In this document: one piece after another, positions 27,301-40,890 of the stretch | How the letters are laid out: the number at the start of each line of letters is the position of its first letter | Position numbering within the stretch: the stretch's first letter is position 1 | NCBI GenBank assembly: GCA_964016885.1 | Contig: OZ024740.1 | Span: forward strand, 405,294,001 to 405,358,000 | DNA from: Eledone cirrhosa | Lineage: Eukaryota | Length of the DNA: 64,000 bases | Reading direction: 5' to 3' | The notes under the pieces: model-generated | Databases searched by the model: none | Told to the model about the DNA's origin: nothing | What the model saw: the letters and a program-made list of their open reading frames with translations, nothing else | Position numbers and translations under genes: made by a program

Positions 27301-27460
27301 TGAAGTTTTGGATTGCGTTTGGTGGGTGGGAACGGTGGGGTGCGGTGAGGGGGTTGGGGTTATGTTGGCCATCCGCGGCGAAATAAAGAGGAGTACTTGC
27401 CTTTTCGTCCAGCAGCATGAGGTGAATTTGTCTTTATCTTTGGCATTGTCATTGAGTGTC
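24309..27460 (-). mobile_element. Near full-length RTE-clade LINE whose 3-prime end is lost at the (TA)n array
   Basis: Single APE-RT ORF; C-terminal LRWYGHV and GRPRKTW motifs lie in a downstream frame. Confidence 0.95.
24527..27418 (-). CDS. RTE LINE APE endonuclease-reverse transcriptase (963 aa) with an internal PHD-like C4HC3 finger
   Basis: [69 protein letters not shown]. Confidence 0.92.
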   Translation of the reverse strand: MLLDEKASTPLYFAADGQHNPNPLTAPHRSHPPNAIQNFRVGTMNVGTLKGRSDEVVEMLERKEVDVCCIQETSWRGGSARFIVGKKRCYKLFWVGNDNGLGGVGIMLAEKWVDKIIDVNRVNDRIIKIRLVLIRTTVTVISAYLPQSGLPGIIKDRFYETVMLTTSQITDSDYIIIAGDLKCHVGQHCDGYDGIHGGYGFGTRNEEGSRILEFCDANNLTICKTNFKKRDNHLITYRSGEHASQIDYILTRRCDRVSVVNTKSLPHEEYTSQHRLIISALVVRTRCTRQQRRTILRRKIWKLKDPTASNKFKSILLDAFDSKEEQLESYNIEEQWVFLKANLLKAEDDVCGWSRPIGRRRVTWWWNSKVEESIKAKKQAWKVWRDGGSREDYQVARREARRQVYFARRETEERKFKHVLQREDQKREVFRIARQCVKENRDIVGEKWVLNDDGVLPITDADKKVAWKCHYERLLNEENKWEKDSLPHIDPIEGPAVLVEGSIISKAIKDMKTGKAAGPSEIVAEMLKASGTVGHTMVSRIVNQVLQNGVVPKDWRSSIIINCYKGKGDALDRSNYKGIKLIDQVMKVTEKVIAQLIRERIDLDEMQFGFVSGKSTTDALFIVRQLREKYLAKSKPLYLAFVDLEKAFDRVPRSIIWWALRKLGVDEWLVRAIQAMYKETVSKVRINNEYSEEFSVKVGVHQGSFLSPLLFIIALQAITEEFKTGCPWELLYADDLTLIAESMAKLEKKFQTWKHGLESKGLKINLSKTKVLVCRKENRAPVPSAKWPCSVCRKGVGRNSILCPKCKVWVHKRCSGITGKLTKNIDFICGWCSGAISSSKCPQNTGSFHCTDGSIEIVDSFRYLGDTISSGRGCSESTVARVRTGWKKFRELIPLLAAKGFSLKMKGRLYDACIRTAMLHGSETWALCAEDIRRLERNEACMIRWMCNSNIRERQSINELRKN

Positions 27461-27462
27461 CA

Positions 27463-28161
27463 GATTTTATTTAAACCTTCTCGTTTGTTTTTCTAAAATA
27501 ACAATCTCGTTTGTTTAATTTTGGCCGAAAATTCTAGGATTTATAAAATGGCCTCCTTGCCCCTCCTAATCTTTACTAACCCTCCCCCCACCCCCTATAT
27601 CGTATACGCGCCTGCTGGTTCTCCCCTCTCTCAATCACTCCCTTCTCTCACCAAATATAAAATAAACCTGTTACGAGGTACGAATCTCAGAATTTGTCAA
27701 CTCTTATTAATGGTCACACTGTTCGCTCTCCTGTGAAATGTAATGTAAAATGCCATTTTTTTCTTGTCTCTCCATCTTCCCGGTCCATCCATATATCCGT
27801 ATCATCGCCCAGAATGCACTCCTTGCTCTTTTTCAATGCTATTCTATAATTCTGTCTGGTTGTTCTAAATAATCTTCTTGTATTTTAAAATCCCATTATT
27901 CGCTTATTACTGTTATATGCTTGTCCAATTATGCCCAAAATTCGAGGATTTTATTTAAACCTTCTCGTTTGTTTTTCTAAAATAACAATCTCGTTTGTTT
28001 AATTTTGGCCGAAAATTCTAGGATTTATAAAATGGCCTCCTTGCCCCTCCTAATCTTTATTACCCCCCCCCCCCCCTCCCATATATCGTATACGCGCCTG
28101 CTGGTTCCCCCCTCTCTCATTCACTCCCTTCTCTCACCAAATATAAAATAAACCTGTTACG
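27463..28161. repeat. ~210-bp direct repeat (27463-27674 and 27947-28161), i.e. about 1.45 units of a ~484-bp unit, upstream of the RTE ORF
   Basis: gattttatttaaaccttctcg...ataaacctgttacg occurs twice. Confidence 0.9.
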
Positions 28162-28217
28162 TATGTATCTATGTGTATGTATGTATGTATGTATATATAT
28201 GTGTATATATATATATA

Positions 28218-30720
28218 GGAAAAGAGTCAGGTCACCAACAGTTGAGCTCCGGCTGTTTTGACAGCTAGAACCGAACTAACCTAGCAGTATTAGGATGGCA
28301 GGGACCTAGCTGAACTTATCAAGCGGTACAGTTCATATATGGGCATGCAATCAAAACAAAAAAAAGCAGAAATATCAAAGCAAACAATCCTAAGAATTTG
28401 TTGTTTTTCTTGTCTGTCACGGGGGAGTGGTCAATTATTTGGGGATGTCATGTATATGGTTAAGTTCTTTCATAGCAGTGGGATGGCCGAACTGGCTTGT
28501 AGAGCAAAGTGTGTGGGGGGGGGGGGGGGGACATTCCGACCTGTGGGTACCAAGCGGGTCAGGCGTTAAGAGAGAAAATCTTTACAACTATCTCTAATGG
28601 GGGTAAGAAAGTAAATCCAGCATATGAGAATTAAGGAAGGTTGTTAGAGTGAAATTAACTATGCCATGTTTAGCACTTAGCTAGAGCAAAGCATATAGAT
28701 ATTGATACTAATTAAATTCCTAATAAATCAAATTTAGTTATCAGTTACTCTAAAGCATCGGAACGACACCTCAATACAGTAATTAACTAGTATTTTCTTT
28801 TATAATAATACACCCCCCCAAAAAAACCATGGCTATGTGTTTGGCTGGTTCTATGTATATTATATTTAACAAGAGTGAAAATTTGCCGGGTTAACCTAAG
28901 GAAGAATAGAAACTGATTATAAGTGTAGATATGCAAAGATATACCTAAATGTAATTAGTGTGTGTAACTAAATGAAGAAAAAAGAAAAAATCCTATTTCT
29001 ACCTAAGTATGCTTGGGGTTTCTTCTATCTTAGTTTGTAAATAAGAAAGAGATACAGCCTAGGTCCACCCACCTGGGTTGTGAGGGGTTTTGAAGATATG
29101 TCCTATGTATTCTGTGTTTACACGAAGTAACAAGTTCATCCTTTTTGTTTAAGAGTTGGTCCTTTGCAAACAGCCTCTGGATCGTTTCCTTCAAGCAGAA
29201 ATTGCACGGACGGCATCCTCCCGTGTAAGGTTTTGCGTTGGAAAGTATGCTCCAACTTAGATGGTAGGTAATATTGTTGTCTTGGAGGTCTCAAATATGG
29301 CCAGAAAGTGCTGTCGCGTGTCGATGGGCCGGGTTTCTAAATGTCTGATGGTGTTGGTAATACCAGGTCTTAAAATCACAGGCGGTTAATCCAATGTAGG
29401 CCTTGTTGGAGTTTTCTGTCCTCACATTGCACTGCTAGACCACGTTTCGTTCTCGGCATCTATTGTTGAGGGGGCACGATGATCTATCCAGACAGTTACA
29501 CCTACTAGTTTGCTCGCCACTAATATCATTGTTGTTTCTTCTGTTGGAGAGGAGTTTTTTGTTGTTAAGTGAAGCAATGTTTTGTGCAAAGTTGGGTGTA
29601 GTGCTGTAGGAAAGTTTAACAGTGTTTCTGTTGATGATCTTGTGGTAACGGTGTTGGGGTGGGAAGTGTTTATCCAGAAGTCTGAAGAAGATCTTCCTGA
29701 TAGGTGTTGCAACCTCAGCATTGTGGGGAGGGTTGAACCATGTTACGTGGCGTGAGCGGCGGTGTCACCTGCTGGATCTGCTAGAAGGGCCTGGATAATA
29801 TGAAATGTCCTCCTGGAAGCCACTTCTTTTGAGGGCCTGGTTGTGTTCGTTGAAGATTTACTTGTTTGCGGACAAACGAGATATACGGAGGGAGATATTT
29901 TTTACTAAGTTGTTGATAATGTTCCTAGGATGGTTAGAACTGTGGTGGATATAGCATAGGTTCTCATTAGGTTTCCTAAATGGGTAGTACAAATTATTCT
30001 CCAGGATGAGTGTAACATCCAGAAAATTGACGCGAGTAAGGGAAGTCTGTAAGTTGATTTCAAAACTTAAGTCCCAGAAGAATTTAATGAGGTGTTTAGG
30101 ACCTGGTCCATGCTACTGGGGTTGTACCCTGTAAGGGTAAGAAGCCACTCATCTCGATACAGACCACTGCCAAACACAAGAAAATTTTCAATGAGTTTAT
30201 GGAGTATGTATAGTCCTATAAGGTTGGTCACATCAGCCGAGTCAGTCGAGCCCATACTGACGTCAAAAGAAGAGTCTGGAGCTCTCTTTATCCAAGTGGA
30301 GTTTTCAAAGAGCAAGACGGTCTTCCTAGCGTGGAATATGATTTCGGTGTAATAGTTTTGGCGTGATCCAAAACAGCCATAAGGAGTGGTTGGGTAATAG
30401 AAGCATAGTAGTTCTCAATGTCGAACTTGATGAAAGTGGTATTCCGTTAATCCTTTATATTCTTAAACCAGGAGATGACTTCCTGAGTGCTAACCCAAAG
30501 GCTAAGCCTCGTGTTTTGCTTCACTTTGGGTATAACACGATACAGAATCTTTTTACTGATCTTGCTTATATCTGACTTTGTCAGATCTAGCTGTCGAAAA
30601 GGCAGGCAGTGCTCAGCCGCCAGAGTCCTAACTCTTTTTTCTATTACCCACTCTACTACCCTAAGTATTGAGTTCTGTGGTGCAAAATGGTCCACCTGGT
30701 TCCTTACCATGCCTTCTTTG
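28218..30720 (-). mobile_element. Decayed Penelope-like element (YRD[D]-type RT, C-terminal GIY-YIG; resembles the Nematis group) with a degenerate 3-prime hammerhead
   Basis: Minus-strand peptides KSDISKISK..EVISWFKNI, FDVSMGS..LIGLYIL..GLYRDE, AYIGLT..FKTWY..H, WSILSNAKPY..CNFC; stops and frameshifts; (TA)n at both ends. Confidence 0.85.
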
Positions 30721-30757
<37 letters not shown>

Positions 30758-30759
<2 letters not shown>

Positions 30760-30839
30760 CCAGAATCAGTTCCCGTCCTACCCTTGCTAGCAGGGAAAAG
30801 CGGACATAAAATGAAATGATGATAATGAAATGATGATTG

Positions 30840-30840
<1 letters not shown>
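30758..30840 (+). mobile_element. RTE/SINE-type 3-prime tail fragment between (TA)n tracts
   Basis: Similar to the reverse complement of 23198-23280. Confidence 0.7.
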
Positions 30841-30870
<30 letters not shown>

Positions 30871-31079
30871 GAGTTTATGGTAGGGAAGCTATGAAGTCTA
30901 TATATCAAGGAGATACTTGAACCATGTCTAAGTACAGAGTTGATTTATTAATTAGTAAAGTCCTGTTTTACTAATTATTAATATAGTAGCATTAAGTATA
31001 CTCATAGTATGCTGTTGGTACTGAAAGATGTTATACTTATTACTATAATACAGTAAATTTCACCATCATGATCATAGAT

Positions 31080-32850
31080 ACCAATGGTCAAGGATGCTTT
31101 CTGCAATTTCCTCCACCATTCTGATCACTTCCCAGAGACTCCTGTTTGTCTATGCACAATATTGCTCATCCAGCTCTTTCTTGGCCACCCTCTTCCCCTG
31201 CTGTGTGGCACATATCCATGTATTACAGTGCTCACGTATCTCAAAACCTTGGGGTGTCTCACTACATGTCCAAAATACTTCGGCTTACGATTTTGTGATA
31301 TCTTTAGCAGATATTTCTATGCAGCACTAATTTTTTCCTCCACTTATTTCCGAACCCATTTGTTGGTTTGTTTGTCCCACCAATTCACATCAAGCAATTT
31401 TTTGATAGCATCTAATCTCAAATGCATTGTTCCTCTGGTTTACTTCCACATTGCATGTCCAGCTTTCACATTTGTTTAGTAGCATTGATACCAATGTTGA
31501 TTTCATCACCCTCCATTTGAAATTGAAGCTCCATGTTAACTCGTGCAGATCTTTTCACTTCTAGTTACTAGGGTGATGTCATCAGCAAGCCTGATGACAT
31601 TGTTCATCAGTATCCCCTGTATCCTGCAAGCCTCCTTGGAGGCTATCTTCTGCTCTGCTTCCAAAAGAATATTGAACAGCATTGGAAATAAGATGCACCA
31701 CTGCCTAACCACAACACTGCATGTGAAATGCTCACACTTGTTCTTGTCAACTCTTACCTTGCACTTTGAATGGGCATAAAACTGTTCAAGAACCCATAAC
31801 ACTTCTACATCCACCCCATGTTATTTCAGCACCCTTGAAGTCCTTCTTGTAATCAATGAAGTTGACAATTTCCATGCATTCAGTATATTTCTCTCCCAGG
31901 TTCTGCTCCACTGTACTTCCAACCATACCTGAAGGACGCTTGACTATTGTCTAAAATGCTTTCTGCAATTGGTAGCAATCTTTTCTGAAGTACCTTAAGG
32001 AAAACCTTAAACATATGGCTTATTAAGGCAATTATTCTGAAATATTCACATCTGCTGGAAACTTTCCTAGGGATTGGGATTAACATTGATGTTGCCCAGT
32101 CTTCCAGCCATTTTCCATTTTCAAGTACATTGTTGCATATAGTTTGAGTCATCTCGGTCACTACCTCGCCTCCATATTTCAGTAATTCTGCTGGTTTGTT
32201 GTCAATTCCTGTGGCCTTATTGTTTTTAAGTGTCTTTATTTCATTTTCAACTTCTTTTCTAGTGATCCTTGGAGCCGTAGAGCTAGGTACTGCTTTTTCT
32301 TTCAAGGTGTTGAGAATGATAACATCTTTTCCAGTATTGTGTTTGTACAACTGTATTCCTTCCATCTATTCTGCACTTTGTCCAAGTCAGTCAATAACAT
32401 TCCATCTTTGTTTTCTAAGATTGTGATAGTACCACATCTCTTCTCAGTTCTTTCAGTTTTGAGTGCAGCTTTCAGATTTTGAAGAAGATTCTTCTCAATT
32501 AGAATACATCTGGTGTTCATCCATTTTTCCTTCAATCAAATGAATTCTTTCTTGACAATCTTATTCACATCCTTGGACCTCTTCATACCTTCCTCACTCA
32601 AATTCTTCCTCTCAGTATTCTTTCATTGCATTTTACTAATAGTTCATTGGTATTCCATGCCTGCTTTTTTCACTTTTTTTCTTGCAAGAACATTTTCTGC
32701 TACTTCTTTCAAGATATTCCTGAATTGTTCTGTTGGCCCATTTACATTGTTTAAGTGGCACAAACTTACCCCCAATCGCTGCTTGGAATTGCTCAACAAT
32801 ATGTGGATCTTTCAGTTTATCGGTGTCATACCTGTCAATAAAATAAATGT
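31080..32850 (-). pseudogene. Decayed RTE-like LINE RT
   Basis: KATGIDNKPAELLKYGG, IALISHMFKV, LFNILLE, LADDITL; many stops. Confidence 0.8.
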
Positions 32851-32864
32851 CTAAATGTCATTAG

Positions 32865-33425
32865 CATAGTTACATCCCTTTACAGTCTGAGTTCAAATCC
32901 CGCTGAGGTTAACTTTGCCTTTCATCCTTACGGGGTCGATAAAATAAAGTACCAGTAATGTATTGGGTAATTGCTGGCCTTGTGCCTAAAGTAAAAACAA
33001 TTATAAGGGCGGTGAATTGGCAGTATCGGTAGAGGGTTGGACGCCATGCTTTCCAGCATAGTTACGTCCCTTTACGGTCTGAGTTCAAATCCCATCGAGG
33101 TTAACTTTGCTTTTCATCCTTACGGGGTCGATAGAATAAAGTACCAGTAATGTACTGGGTAATTGATGGCCTTGTGCCAAAAGTAGAAACAATTATATTA
33201 TATTATAAATAGGCAGTGGGTTGGTAGTATCAGTAGAGGATCAGACACCATGCTTTGCAGCATAGTTATAGCCCTTTACGTTCTGGGTTCTAATCCTACC
33301 AATGTCACCTTTGCCTTTCATCCTCCTAGGGCCAATAAAATAAAGTACCAGTTAGGTACTAGGGTCGATATAATCTATATTCCTCTTCCCCAAATTATTG
33401 ATCTTGTGCCAATGTTAGAAATAAT
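32865..33425 (+). mobile_element. Three adjacent tRNA-derived SINEs with a Meta/Nin-type central domain
   Basis: TGGCAGTATCGG A box, GAGTTCAAATCC B box and aactttgcctttcatccttacggggtcgataaaataaagtaccag core. The core is present three times; the first copy lacks the A box. Confidence 0.82.
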
Positions 33426-34944
33426 CAATTTGCTGTTCTGGGAATTTACTTTTTAATTATTATTGCCTCTTGTTCTCTTTTACATTTGGCATCTTTAGAA
33501 AAACTGATTCTCTTGCTGTCTTTCTCTCATCTACCTTTTGATTTTTCCCCATCATTCTTTCACATATTAAATTCCAGTCAAGGGATTATCAAAAGTTAAT
33601 TATATATTCTCCAAGGTGGAAAAAAGAAAATAAGATTGATACAAAATGTATGTTGTTTTTTTGTTTTGTTTTTGCTTTTTGCTTTTTTTTTTTTTTGCAG
33701 TTTAATATATATCATATGCGCAATTTAATATATATTATATGCAAAATTTATAAATCATATGTACAATTTAATATATATATTATATGCACAACCTAATACA
33801 TATGTACAGTTTGATATACATAACACGCTCAATTTAATATATTACATGCAAAATGTATATATCATATATACAATTTAATATATATATTTTTCCATAAATG
33901 ATCTAAATTGTAAGAAAGGTCAGATTATTATTTGAACCTTTTGTGACTTTTGTGAGGAAATCACTCCCTTGTATAAATGAAGAAGAAAGGTCTAGTGATA
34001 AGATGGTACTGATGCTAGAGATTCCAACATTGATTTCCTCCTCGTAGTTCCTTAGTGGCACAACCCAGTCAGTTTATCTTCATCATACAATGATTTATGT
34101 TCAGCACTGCAATAGTCTCTCTACGTGTATCAATCTGTAACTCTCCATTATATAGTTTGTTGGATTAGACACCATAATTTTATGTTCAATCTCCATGCTT
34201 GTATGGGTTGGATGGGTTGTCACTGTCCAAAACCAGAAGTGTTGTAGAAACATGTCTTGCTCACGTGTTCAATTTTTAGCAGGTTCCTGTGGTCAGCCTA
34301 CTAGGTGTCATTTGCCTGAGCAGTGATGAGATTCCAGAGCTCACAACGATGAGGTCAACAAACTTGAGCCCTGTTACTTCTCATGAATGACATGATTATA
34401 TAAAATGACTTGTCCCTTAACTAGTGCTGTCATTAATGAATAAAATCATGATTTTAAATCAATCAGGTGACTTATAAAAAAGAAAATGAGTCATCATTTC
34501 TGCCTTCTTCATACTATACAAAATTGTGTAACAGTTTTAAAATTTACTCAAAGATTAAGTTATACTTTGTGACAGTAAAGGTTAAGAGTTCAATTTCTTC
34601 TGTTAGAGAGGAATATTATCATTGTTTTTATGCCTGTTTTCCATGCTTGCATAGGTTGGATGAGTTATCACATTCTGAGGCTAGACCTATCTGGTGATGC
34701 CTGCTCACATATTCCAAATGTGACGTAGTTGATACAGCTAAATGCCCTCGTAACACCAACCACCTTATAGGGTTTACTGGGTGCATAATTTTTACAGCAC
34801 CTGCACTACCATTTTACAGAGTGAGCTGGGTGTGTGTTGTCATGGCACCAGCACTGGAAGTTGTCACATAATCATACAAACTGAAAAGTCCTCTTCAACC
34901 CTATGCCTTTTTTTATTTCATCCATTACTTTTCTCTTATTTATT

Positions 34945-35165
34945 AGGGCAGCAGATTGGCAGTATCGGTAGAGCATTGGAAAATATGCTTTGCGGCATAG
35001 AGTTACGACCTTTACGTTCTGAGTTCAAATACTGCCATGGTTAACTTTGCCTTTCATCCTTATCGGGTCGATAAATTAAAGCACCAGTAACATAATGGGG
35101 TGATTTAATCGACTTTCCCCTCCCCCCAAAATTGCTGGCCTTGTTCCTAAAGTAGAAACAATTAT
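34945..35165 (+). mobile_element. tRNA-derived SINE (same family as 32865-33425)
   Basis: A and B boxes plus the same core. Confidence 0.8.
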
Positions 35166-35799
35166 TTATTATATTTTATTTTTGTTGTGTCTTATTTATT
35201 TCCTTTATATGCGTAATTTTCAAATTTCTATTTCGACACAATGAAGCACAAAAACTGTTGAACTGTTGAACTGAAGCAAGGATGTAATAGTAATAACACT
35301 GAATGTGATTTTGTGGTGACACAAAGAATTGTGCTTTGAATCTGTTCAATAGAGTTGTGTACTCCCGTTTAGCTAAAGCAAAAAAACCTGAGCACACTTG
35401 AAACATGTAATTGTGATATGATTGGCTGTTGTTAAATAATTAAACAATTACACTGCACTTGTTAGATAAAATTCAATACGAGTTCAATACATGACAATTC
35501 TGGGGTTTTTTGGGGTTTTTTTCAAATTCATATTTTCTGTTTCTGATTGATATTATACATCATCAAGATGAAATTGAAAGACATGTTGAAAACATTTCTA
35601 AGTTTATTTTTAGCTTACTACAGATACAAATTGAACTTATTCAGTTTTGCAATTGTATAAATAACATAAATTATTTATGATTCTTACAGAATGAACATAT
35701 AAACGCAAATAATATATATAATACTTAATTATATAAGAATTTCACATATAAATATAAAATCCAAACAAAAAGAATATTAATTCAACATTGTGTCAATCG

Positions 35800-36818
35800 C
35801 ACACACATCATAAGGGGCGGTAGAGCCTCTGTCTAATAGTTTCTGAGGCAAGCCAACATGCTCACAGTATTACTGTAGCTGATAGCAAGGCTAAGGTGCT
35901 GGAACAACTAAGTACTTTCATGAGTATCACCAGATACCTTGGTAAGAATTTCGTTGTGAGCAGTTCAGTCCCCACAAACGTCTAGAAGACCCCAAGTTGG
36001 AAAAAATTGTTTGCTGATAATTCCTGGTATTTCAGAGTCACTGATTGCGGCAGCCCAAATGAGACATCCCCCTCTTACCCAGGGACAAATTGAAAGACCA
36101 TCTGGTCTCTTTCCATCAACTCTGGACAATCCAGCCAGCTCCAGAATTAAGGGGATATTCACATGAGCTAGGTCCTGTTTAATAATTAAGTTTAGCTTGG
36201 TATAGCAAGCAAAGCTACCTGCATTCTGGTGGCAAGACAAACCATGAATACCTGTGGAATCTCAGTGACATTTCAATCCTCCACAGATTTCAGCTCCCAT
36301 TCTGAGATGCAGAGCTCATCAAGACTGAGTGGAGTAGGTCACTGATGTTGGCTACAGGCAGGGCATCAACCCAGTCCTCTGAGAATTTAGCACTCATAGA
36401 AAGTAGGTGGCACCTTGAGAATTGATCAGATTGATCAAAGAGTGTGTTGAAATTGTTTCTCAAATGTAAATTGACCCAAATTCGGGGCTTAGTCTATCCT
36501 CCTCTGTATCAGGAACTGACAAACATAGCTCCCTCTACTGTAGTAGAACTTCATCCATCTCCCTGTTGGAACTAGTCTATGCTGGAAAGGAGTGGACGTT
36601 CTCACCAGAGGGAAGATAACACAGATGAAGGAAAAAAATCATGGAAAAAAGCTAGGTTAGTAATTGGGGCTGCTGAGTGATTGAAGAGCCAGAGCTCACA
36701 TTTGGAGCTGTTGACAAGGAGACCCTTACAACCAAGTTCCTCAATCATCATTTTTGCAGTTGCAAGGATGATTGAGGAACTTGGTTGTAAGGGTCTCCTT
36801 CTCAACAGCTCCAAATGT
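35800..36818 (-). mobile_element. Decayed RLE-type (CRE-like) non-LTR element with a 5-prime fold-back
   Basis: GLSRVDGKRPDGLSICPWVRGGCLIW restriction-like endonuclease motif; GLLVNSSKCEL RT motif; inverted repeat 36698-36818. Confidence 0.7.
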
Positions 36819-37129
36819 CTTGTTTCCTTATTGCAGCCTTTCATCTCTCACCATATTTACTTTAGTGTCACAGTGCTGGTACTAGTGGATGGACCTTTTG
36901 TATTGTGGCATAATGCCACTCCACTCAGTCTGGTGCCATTTTTTTAAATATAAGTTAAATGTTAATATCACTTATGTTATATCATAAGAAGAGCTAAGTT
37001 CACAAACCGGTTTTACATCAAATTGAAGATTTTACATTTTAATTACTTTGATAACACTTTTCAAAAAGATGTACATGTTAATATTTGGAGTTTTATGATT
37101 GTCAGAATTCCTCCTGATATTGCCATCAC

Positions 37130-37460
37130 CATTTTATGCTCACTTTCATGCTGGCATAGGTTTAGTGGATTACTGTGGTTCAAAACATGGCAACGTGGAT
37201 ATCATGCTTCACTCATATATTTGGCATGGTTTCTATGACTACATACCCTTCCTGATGCCAATCCCTTTACAGTGTGTACTAGGTGCATTTTATGGCACCA
37301 GCCCTACCATTTTACAGTATGTACTGGGTTCCTTTTATTATGACATAAGCACTACCACTTTATAATATCTACTGGGTGCATTTTATCCTAGTGTCAGTTC
37401 TACCACTTTATAATGTGTACTGGATCAGTTTTATTGAAGCACCAGCATAAACACTTTACA
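37130..37460 (-). repeat. RTE/SINE tail remnant with about 4 degenerate ~47-bp tandem units
   Basis: acagtgtgtactaggtgcatttta...gcactaccacttt repeated. Confidence 0.65.
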
Positions 37461-39620
37461 TGCATTTAATAATACATTATTCATGGAATATTTTTCATCT
37501 GTAAAAGACATTGAAGAACTTAGAATAAAGAGGAAGTCTGAAAATACAACACATCATTTGAATGTAGTTTGATAGTTGTCTACTTCGAAGATAAATTTGT
37601 TTTGCTTCAAATTAGATTTGATTTCAGAATATTATAATGTTGGTATTCAATGGTATACTACCATGTGAGTCTTTAACATCTGTGAATCTCTCTCTCCTCG
37701 AAAATTGTGAAAAATTCTTTAAGGTCCTTAACTAAAGTTAGCCTTACCACTATGCAAACAATAGTCTTATGGCAATATTATCATATTCATAAACTTATTG
37801 TTTATATAGGTGATATTTTAATTACATGATTTATTGATATTTATTTCATCTTTTAATTGCTATCTGTAAGAACATAACACTTCACTAAATTACATGATCA
37901 GCTAATTTAAAAAACATTTGACAAATTTTTATTATCAGGGAATTTTAAGGCTGAAATGTTATTTAAGAAATCACTATAAGTTGTAATAGTCAGGTATCCT
38001 ATTAACTAAGCAATGACATTTTTTAATCTAAAACTTCTCTATCAATTTGCTGTTGAATGTCATCAGCAATGGCTAAATAGTTGTTAAACTGTCGACATAA
38101 CCAGGCATTGTCAGCTATTCCAACAACAATAATGGGTTATAAAGATGCATGCAGACTTTATCTTTATGCAGTGCATTTTAGAGCAAGTTAGCATAATAAA
38201 GCTCATTAGCCCTTTTATTACTATATTTCTAATAAATTACACTGTATTTGAATAAATTACTGAAGAATTTGGAGAAATTTACTAAATTTACTAAAATGAT
38301 TTCGATTATAAAGAAGCTATTTCTAACATAACAAAAGATTCTTATATAAATCTATGTTGGAAAATATTAACTTTATATCGGAACTATTTAAAATGCATGG
38401 TTTCATTAAATAGAAGCAGACGCAATTTTGAGTGGGTTGGTATCAAAAGGGTTAATATCAAAGTAATATAGACAAGAGTTGTGCTTTACAGGTTAACAAA
38501 ATGCTCGGTAATTTTACAGCTCTTGCATCTTACCATAGTATGTTGCTCTTGTTGAGCAGTACTTACTTCAGGATGTAATAGGTATTTTTAGTGCTAAATA
38601 TTTTGACTATAGACCCAGCATAGAGCTGGTGATAGGATATGAAACATTAGCTCATCAGCTGGTTGTCACCTAATTCATAGATGCACCCAACTACAGATTT
38701 CAATAGTTATTGAATATGAAAAAAATGTTACAATAAATTAGCTTTTTTTTTTTAATGGGTTTGCTCTTTGTTACTAGAAATGTGCTACATCTTCGACCAA
38801 AATGTTGCTGCAGATTAAATGATTAGCTCCATTATTTAAACTAAAGTATGGAAGAAAATTAAAGCATGATGATTTAAATGCTAGCACACTACATTAATTG
38901 AACAATTAGATGTTGTGTGGTATCAAGATAAAATCCAAGCAAATGTTAAAAAAGAATTAGCCATCTAGCCACTTATTACAGTAGAAATTGGCTGCTAACA
39001 AAGCAAAAGTTGTCCACTATCTTGCCTTTTATCACAGATGAAACAGTATAAGCTAGCAGTTCACTTGCTTCTTGCATTTACAGCGACTAAAAATATATCA
39101 TAGCCAAATTTTGCTGTGCCTTTTATCTGTAGTGCCTATTATTATACAGATGCGACTATAACAACCTAAATTTCTCTTTAAAGCAGGTTATCTTTGCATT
39201 TCAAAAGAAAATATTTTCTCCTTTCTAAATTGTTCGTAAATATGGTTCTATTTTAACTGATTGATCATATATTTCTGAATTTTTAACTTTTTAATAGAGT
39301 TGAGTTGATACCTTAAGAGATTTGTAATAAAATTAGATACATCTTGCTTTTCGAGTCCATGCAGTTCAATTAAAAGTAGACTTATTGCAGCAGTTATATA
39401 ATTTGACTAAACCACCCTAGGGGATCAAGCAAATATAAGTCTTCAGATGACCTCCATTTTATATTAAAAGATCTTTTGGTGTATGAAATCAATATAAAAT
39501 TAACTGGCTCCAAGAAAAGATCAGTGACTGTAGGGAATAGTTCTATTAGATACAAATTAAGTTTTATTGGCAGCTTGTGAAGACAGCAGTTTCGGATTTC
39601 TCTGAATGGTATAGTCATAC

Positions 39621-39721
39621 CTGGTATATTATATTTGGTGATGTATATAGGCGTCTGCAAGATTGCCTGTTGATATTTTAATATATTGAATTGCTTTCTC
39701 TTTAATCTCATATCCATATTT
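39621..39721 (-). other. Possible 101-nt spliced exon of an unidentified host gene
   Basis: tttgttcag acceptor, CAG/gtatga donor and one open frame (NMDMRLKRKQFNILKYQQAILQTPIYITKYNIP). No partner exon recognised. Confidence 0.3.
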
Positions 39722-40174
39722 CTGAACAAATATATTTTGTATCAATCTTATTTTACCACAAAATCTTGTGATTCTTATTGCAAACTTTTATCTTAATGAA
39801 GATCTATTATATAGTTACTGTAAAGATTACATTCAGTACATTCTGTAAAGTGATTGATGATAGGAAGGACATCCAGCCATAGAAAACATGTCAAAAATGT
39901 TGAGAGATCTCTTTAGTTATGTCAAAGACATAAAAACCTCCCTAGTGCTAGTGTCATGATAAAATACACTTGTTGCACATTTGTGAAATACTAGCCCATG
40001 ACCTGTCTGAGAAGTCAGTAGTTCTGATTAAGCACTTAGTCTGTGATGAGCTGTCCATACCTTTCTAGTATGGAAAATGGACACTAAATAATAATAATAA
40101 CAATTTTAATTATTATTCTTCAACCATTCTTTGAAATTTACTATTTTACTGTTATTTTTATTCATTCCTTATAT

Positions 40175-40380
40175 GTTGTGGATTGGCAGAACCTTTAGAG
40201 CACTGAACAAATTGCCTTGTTGTATTCCTTCCTGCCCTTCACATTCCGAGTTCAAATTCCATTGAGGTCAACTTTGCCTTCTATCCTTCCGGAGTTGATA
40301 AAATAAAATACCTGTCAAGTACTGAGTCAATTTAATCGACAGTCCCTTCTCCTCAACTTACTGGCCTTGTGCCAAACTTT
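40175..40380 (+). mobile_element. Older tRNA-derived SINE
   Basis: GAGTTCAAATTCC B box and core. Confidence 0.72.
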
Positions 40381-40846
40381 TATCCTTCTATTGCTGAAAT
40401 ATTCTGAAACTCATTCAAAATAGTTTTTCTCATTTTCAAAGAATACATACAAAATATATTTTCTTTCCTTTGCCAGTATTCACACTGGTGTATATTAGAA
40501 AAAAGGTGTACTCAACATAGACATCTTCTCAACAATTGATGTCATTAGATATAATATAAGCAAACAATTTTTTTTCTTAATTATCAAGAAGCTACACTTA
40601 TTCAAAGAATGCACTTTCTTTATATTAATTATATATACATGTTATGCATGTTGCCAATAATTGCAGGCTATTGTCTTATACATTGTGAGGTTCACCTTCC
40701 AAAGTCTGTCTTCACCACTTCATTCCATATCTTCCTGGATTTACCTCATCTACAGGTTCTATCCACTGAATTACCTTGAATGTCTTCATACAGCTGTCAC
40801 CCTCCATACACATCAGCTGTCTACACCAGCACTCTCTCTCTCTCTT

Positions 40847-40890
<44 letters not shown>

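Noticed and set aside
27660-27700. HDV-like ribozyme at the RTE 5-prime end
   Set aside because: Only an acctcgt loop-like word is present; the nested pseudoknot could not be built by eye.
33007-33110. tRNA genes (also at 23490-23560 and 43040-43130)
   Set aside because: The A and B boxes are followed by SINE core and tail, with no complete cloverleaf.
40680-40800. Candidate host exon
   Set aside because: The minus strand resembles a decayed RTE C-terminus (GRPRKTW-type region).
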